DNA from: a virus
Lineage: Duplodnaviria > Caudoviricetes
IMG/VR virus record: IMGVR_UViG_3300025413_001239
Length of the DNA stretch: 64,000 nucleotides
Direction: 5' to 3' (one strand)
In this document: positions 60,301 through 64,000 of the stretch, piece after piece
How the letters are laid out: every line of letters begins with the position of its first letter
Position numbering within the stretch: the stretch's first letter is position 1
Program-made: the position numbers and the translations under genes
The notes under the pieces: model-generated
Database searches by the model: none
Seen by the model: the letters and a program-made list of their open reading frames with translations, nothing else
What the model was told of the DNA's origin: nothing

Positions 60301-62724
60301 ATGAAAAATGGGTTAGATGAACAATATATCGAATTATTAGAGGATATATTAAAAAATGGTATTGAAAAAGAAACCAGAAATGGTAAGGTATTATCTGTTT
60401 TTGGACGTGAAATTAGATATAAATTTAAAGATGGTAAATTTCCACTTATAACTACCAAAAAAATGTACTTTAAGGGTATTGTAACTGAATTACTATGGTT
60501 CTTACAAGGACGTACTGATTTACGTTATTTACTTGAGAACGATTGTAATATTTGGACGGGAGACGCTTATAAGAGATATATTTTTAATTCAGAATGGTAT
60601 CCAATTGCTGGTTCACCTAGTGGATTTATTGGCACTAAATCTGATAGTGATGAAATAATGACACAAGGAATATTCATTGAACGTATTAAAACAGACGATG
60701 AGTTTTCAAGGACATGGGGTGATTTAGGACCTGTGTATGGGTCTGGTTGGCGTAATTGGAAGTTCACAGATAAGTTTACAAATGGAGAACAGATTACTTA
60801 TGTAAATGGAAAGGTAGACCAGATTGCAAACTTAATCGAAGACCTTAAAACAAATCCAGATTCTCGCAGACTTATGGTAAATGCGTGGAATTGTTCAGAG
60901 CTCGACCAAATGGTTTTACCACCATGCTTTACTGAAGATATGATGGTTGCATGTGTGGATGGTTATAGGAAAATATCTGAAATAACCACTAACGATTTGG
61001 TGTTAACTGAAGATTGTTCTTATCAAAAAGTTTATGAACTACATGAAACAATGTATAATGGCGATTTAATTAAATTTAAAGTATTTGGCAATACTAAATA
61101 TATAACATGCACCCCTAATCATCCGTTTTTAATTAAAGATAAAGGTTATATTAGTGCTAATGAAATAATTGAAGATGATTACTTAGCGATACCTATAAAT
61201 AGAAATTCAATTATACCGTCATTTGATACGTTGTTAAAATGCAACCAATATGGTGAAAAATTAGTAACCACAAAATTAGATAATTTTGATTATTGGTTTT
61301 TAATGGGGTATTTTATGGGAGATGGTTGGTTAATAAGTTCAAAAGAAGAGGTTTGTTTTGTAATAAATGACAACCAAACGGATTTAATACTACCTAGATT
61401 AAAAAATATAATAGGTTTAGCTAAATTAAATAATTCTGGTATTAATTGCACAAAATATGTCGGTAAGAAAAAACAAGTTTTTGAAATTTTATCTATGTTT
61501 GGAAAATATGCTGATGGCAAATTTATACCAAAATTTGTTTATGATGCGCCTAAGGAGTACATTGAACAATTTATTGAAGGTTATTTTATGGCCGATGGGT
61601 GTAAAACAAAAGACGGTATAAGTTATAGTACAGTATCTGAAAATATTGCGTATGGGGTACAATTACTATATGCAAAGTTAGGTGTTAAAGTTAGTGTATA
61701 TTTTCAAAATAGACCTAAAAAAAAGGTTATTGAGGGGCGTGAGGTAAACCAAAAAAATACATTTTCAATAAATGTATACAAACAAAAAAATAAAACAAAA
61801 AAATATATTTTAGACACCGACTATTTGTGGGTTAAAATTAAAGAAATTAATAAAATTAATTTTAATGGTTATGTTTATAATATATCGGTTGGTAACAATC
61901 ACACGTATAACGTGTACAATCTAATCAACCATAATTGTCATTATGGATTTCAATGTTATACTAGAGAATTGGGTTTGGAAGAAAGAAGAGAGATTGCTAG
62001 AAATAAATTAAATTCTATAGAATGGGGTGATGTTATTAAATTAGCTCATTACAATGAGACTTATGATAAGTATAATATACCAACCAGAGCATTATCATTG
62101 AAATGGAATCAACGTTCAGTTGATACACCATTAGGTTTGCCATTTAATATAGCATCTTATGGTCTATTGTTAGAGATACTTGCAAAAGAAGTTAACATGG
62201 TACCAGATGAATTGATTGGTGGTCTTGGTGATTGTCATATTTACTTAAACCAAATTGAAGGTGTTAAAGAACAGATTGGAAGAGAATATACAGTTGAAGA
62301 GGGTTTACCTAAAACGATTAAATTAATAGGTTACGGTAAAGAATTGGAATTTTCATTGACAGATAAAAGAGAAATAGAATATTATGGTAAAACCGAAGGT
62401 AGCAATGAAACTTTGTGGAGAACTGAAAAATTTAAAGATAATGAAGTATTCTACCAGACAGAATTTGGATGGGGTGTTTTTCTAAATACTGACACTTTTG
62501 AAACTGTCACATACGATGGAACTGAATGGGGTGGTCAAAAAATAAACATCTCTAAGAGAACTCGTGAACCGTTTCCGTTACCAAGACTTAAGCACATGAA
62601 AACTGATGCTTTCTATAAGTCATTATCTGAAGACCAATCGTTGTATGGACATTTAGATAATAAAGATTTTCAAATTGAGAATTATCAATCACATCCGTCA
62701 ATTAAATTTCCGTTAAGTAACTAA
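60301..62724 (+). CDS. thyA: Thymidylate synthase with cis-intein
   Basis: FPLITTKK, ELLWFLQG, LGPVYG, PDSRR, LPP|C, QRSVD...PFNIASY, GDCHIY. Confidence 0.95.
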   Translation: MKNGLDEQYIELLEDILKNGIEKETRNGKVLSVFGREIRYKFKDGKFPLITTKKMYFKGIVTELLWFLQGRTDLRYLLENDCNIWTGDAYKRYIFNSEWYPIAGSPSGFIGTKSDSDEIMTQGIFIERIKTDDEFSRTWGDLGPVYGSGWRNWKFTDKFTNGEQITYVNGKVDQIANLIEDLKTNPDSRRLMVNAWNCSELDQMVLPPCFTEDMMVACVDGYRKISEITTNDLVLTEDCSYQKVYELHETMYNGDLIKFKVFGNTKYITCTPNHPFLIKDKGYISANEIIEDDYLAIPINRNSIIPSFDTLLKCNQYGEKLVTTKLDNFDYWFLMGYFMGDGWLISSKEEVCFVINDNQTDLILPRLKNIIGLAKLNNSGINCTKYVGKKKQVFEILSMFGKYADGKFIPKFVYDAPKEYIEQFIEGYFMADGCKTKDGISYSTVSENIAYGVQLLYAKLGVKVSVYFQNRPKKKVIEGREVNQKNTFSINVYKQKNKTKKYILDTDYLWVKIKEINKINFNGYVYNISVGNNHTYNVYNLINHNCHYGFQCYTRELGLEERREIARNKLNSIEWGDVIKLAHYNETYDKYNIPTRALSLKWNQRSVDTPLGLPFNIASYGLLLEILAKEVNMVPDELIGGLGDCHIYLNQIEGVKEQIGREYTVEEGLPKTIKLIGYGKELEFSLTDKREIEYYGKTEGSNETLWRTEKFKDNEVFYQTEFGWGVFLNTDTFETVTYDGTEWGGQKINISKRTREPFPLPRLKHMKTDAFYKSLSEDQSLYGHLDNKDFQIENYQSHPSIKFPLSN
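60925..61935 (+). mobile_element. LAGLIDADG intein (337 aa) in thyA
   Basis: CFTED...TPNHPF...GYFMGDG / GYFMADG...VYNISV...NHN|C. Confidence 0.92.
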
Positions 62725-62960
62725 TGACATTAGAATCACAATATAAGCAGTATTTAGAACAACATCCAGAATCTACGTTTACTTTTGAAGAATGGAAAAC
62801 TTGGTTTGGACTTAAAATAAAGGAAGCGTTCAAGGATAAAATACTCTGTCATAAACATGGAACGATGTATCAAATACATGAGCCATGTCCGAAGTGTTTA
62901 GAAGAAAAAAATAATTAATTGTAAAAAACACATATTTATTAATAAGAAAAATAAAATAAA

Positions 62961-63323
62961 ATGAAAGATTTCTCACTATCAAAATTAAACGATTATATAG
63001 CGGATAAATTATCCTTGATTTTATCAATGATGATAACTTTTTATCTTGTTACAGCATTAGTTATAATCCCATTGTTTTATCCTGGTGCACCAACTACTCT
63101 TGTAACTTGGGCACAATATTTATGTTCGGTTGTATTTCAAGGTATTGCTTTACCAGTGTTAGGTTATACTGCTAGGAAAGCATCAGATAAATCCGATGCG
63201 TTAATGGCTAAGATGTTTGAAATGACAGAAGAAATCGACCGTTTAGTTAAGAATATAAAAGTACAAGAAGATATTATTGAAAAAGAAGTTGGGGAAGTTT
63301 TAATACTAGAAAAAAATAAATAA
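62961..63323 (+). CDS. Membrane protein, DUF1003-like
   Basis: Two TM segments followed by a coiled-coil tail. Confidence 0.55.
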   Translation: MKDFSLSKLNDYIADKLSLILSMMITFYLVTALVIIPLFYPGAPTTLVTWAQYLCSVVFQGIALPVLGYTARKASDKSDALMAKMFEMTEEIDRLVKNIKVQEDIIEKEVGEVLILEKNK

Positions 63324-63346
63324 TTTATGTAAAACCCTATAAAAAG

Positions 63347-64000
63347 ATGAATCAGGAATTAACTATTGTTATACCTTGTAAAAATGAAGGTAGATTGGTT
63401 ATCACTACATTAAAATTGTTACAAAAACAAGAAATTGATTGTGAGATAATAATTGCTGATTCATCGACAGATGATACTATAAGTTCATTAATTAACTATA
63501 AGAATAATTCATTACAAGATATAAAATTAGTTGGTGGTGGTTTACCATCAATCGCTAGAAATAATGGTGCTAAATTTGTTACAACACCTTATGTTTTATT
63601 TTTAGATGCTGATATTCTTTTACGTAATCATAATGTAATTATTAATTGTTTAGATACAATTATTAAGAAAGACTTAGATTTAGTTACTTGTAAGTTTCAC
63701 ACATCAGAAAAAAAATTTGATTACATATATCGTTGGTTTGATGTTATACAATGGGTTTCATCTAAAACTAAGCCATTTGCTATTGGTGGGTTTATGTTAT
63801 TTAATGTTGAGACATTTAGAAAGTTAGGTGGGTTTAATGAAAATGATAAAATAGCTGAAGATTATCATTTAAGCTCTAAAATACAACCAAAAAAATTTAA
63901 AATAGTAAACGTTTACGCACACACGCCAGCAAGAAGATTTATTAAAAAAGGTCTTTCTTATATGGTTAAATTAGCTTGGAATTCATGGTTAAATAGAAAT
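63347..64000 (+). CDS. Glycosyltransferase family 2, 3' end outside the window
   Basis: TIVIPCKNE, IIADSSTDDT, ARNNGA, LFLDAD, GGF...EDY. Confidence 0.9.
   Translation, partial: MNQELTIVIPCKNEGRLVITTLKLLQKQEIDCEIIIADSSTDDTISSLINYKNNSLQDIKLVGGGLPSIARNNGAKFVTTPYVLFLDADILLRNHNVIINCLDTIIKKDLDLVTCKFHTSEKKFDYIYRWFDVIQWVSSKTKPFAIGGFMLFNVETFRKLGGFNENDKIAEDYHLSSKIQPKKFKIVNVYAHTPARRFIKKGLSYMVKLAWNSWLNRN

Noticed and set aside
2376-61520. Antisense and nested ORFs in the track (e.g. 2376-2618, 10862-11107, 12609-12926, 54943-55224, 57937-58371, 61290-61520)
   Set aside because: They overlap well-supported genes on the other strand or frame and have no motifs or promoters.
1-64000. Alternative genetic code (TAG=Gln or TGA=Gly/Trp)
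   Set aside because: Long genes are intact in the standard code; TAG and TGA end well-defined genes, and TGA is used at coupled junctions.
1-64000. tRNA or rRNA genes
   Set aside because: No cloverleaf with T-loop and acceptor stem was found by eye; a tRNAscan run is still advisable.

Overview
64 kb segment of a large, AT-rich dsDNA (jumbo-type) phage genome. The host is almost certainly a Bacteroidota (Flavobacterium-like) bacterium, because dozens of genes carry the Bacteroidota sigma-A promoter TTTG-N~20-TAnnTTTG. No tRNA, rRNA, CRISPR array or virion genes were recognised. Four zones: (1) 1-14 kb, accessory genes: a compact LeuRS, GIY-YIG nuclease, TerC, outer-membrane barrels, and an IS607-like TnpB element that interrupts a small gene. 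(2) 14.2-20.4 kb, an array of 21 translationally coupled MORN-like micro-genes. (3) 20.4-40.6 kb, an early/host-takeover-like block in which nearly every gene has its own promoter. It contains a canonical parS site, a ParB-like gene, two DUF932 genes, three paralogous small non-coding RNA candidates, a family of palindromic/hairpin repeats and a cluster of nine perfect DnaA boxes in 350 bp. (4) 40.7-64 kb, core and metabolic genes: DHFR, PcfJ-like, nucleotidyltransferase, thioredoxin, LRR protein, KTSC, intein-containing ThyA, glycosyltransferase, several homing endonucleases, and a ClpC/ClpB gene broken into two genes by an atypically split intein. Best candidates for undescribed biology are the oriC/parS-mimicking sRNA-DnaA-box modules, the MORN micro-gene array and the trans-spliced ClpC. 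Family names come from motif recognition; no database search was run.
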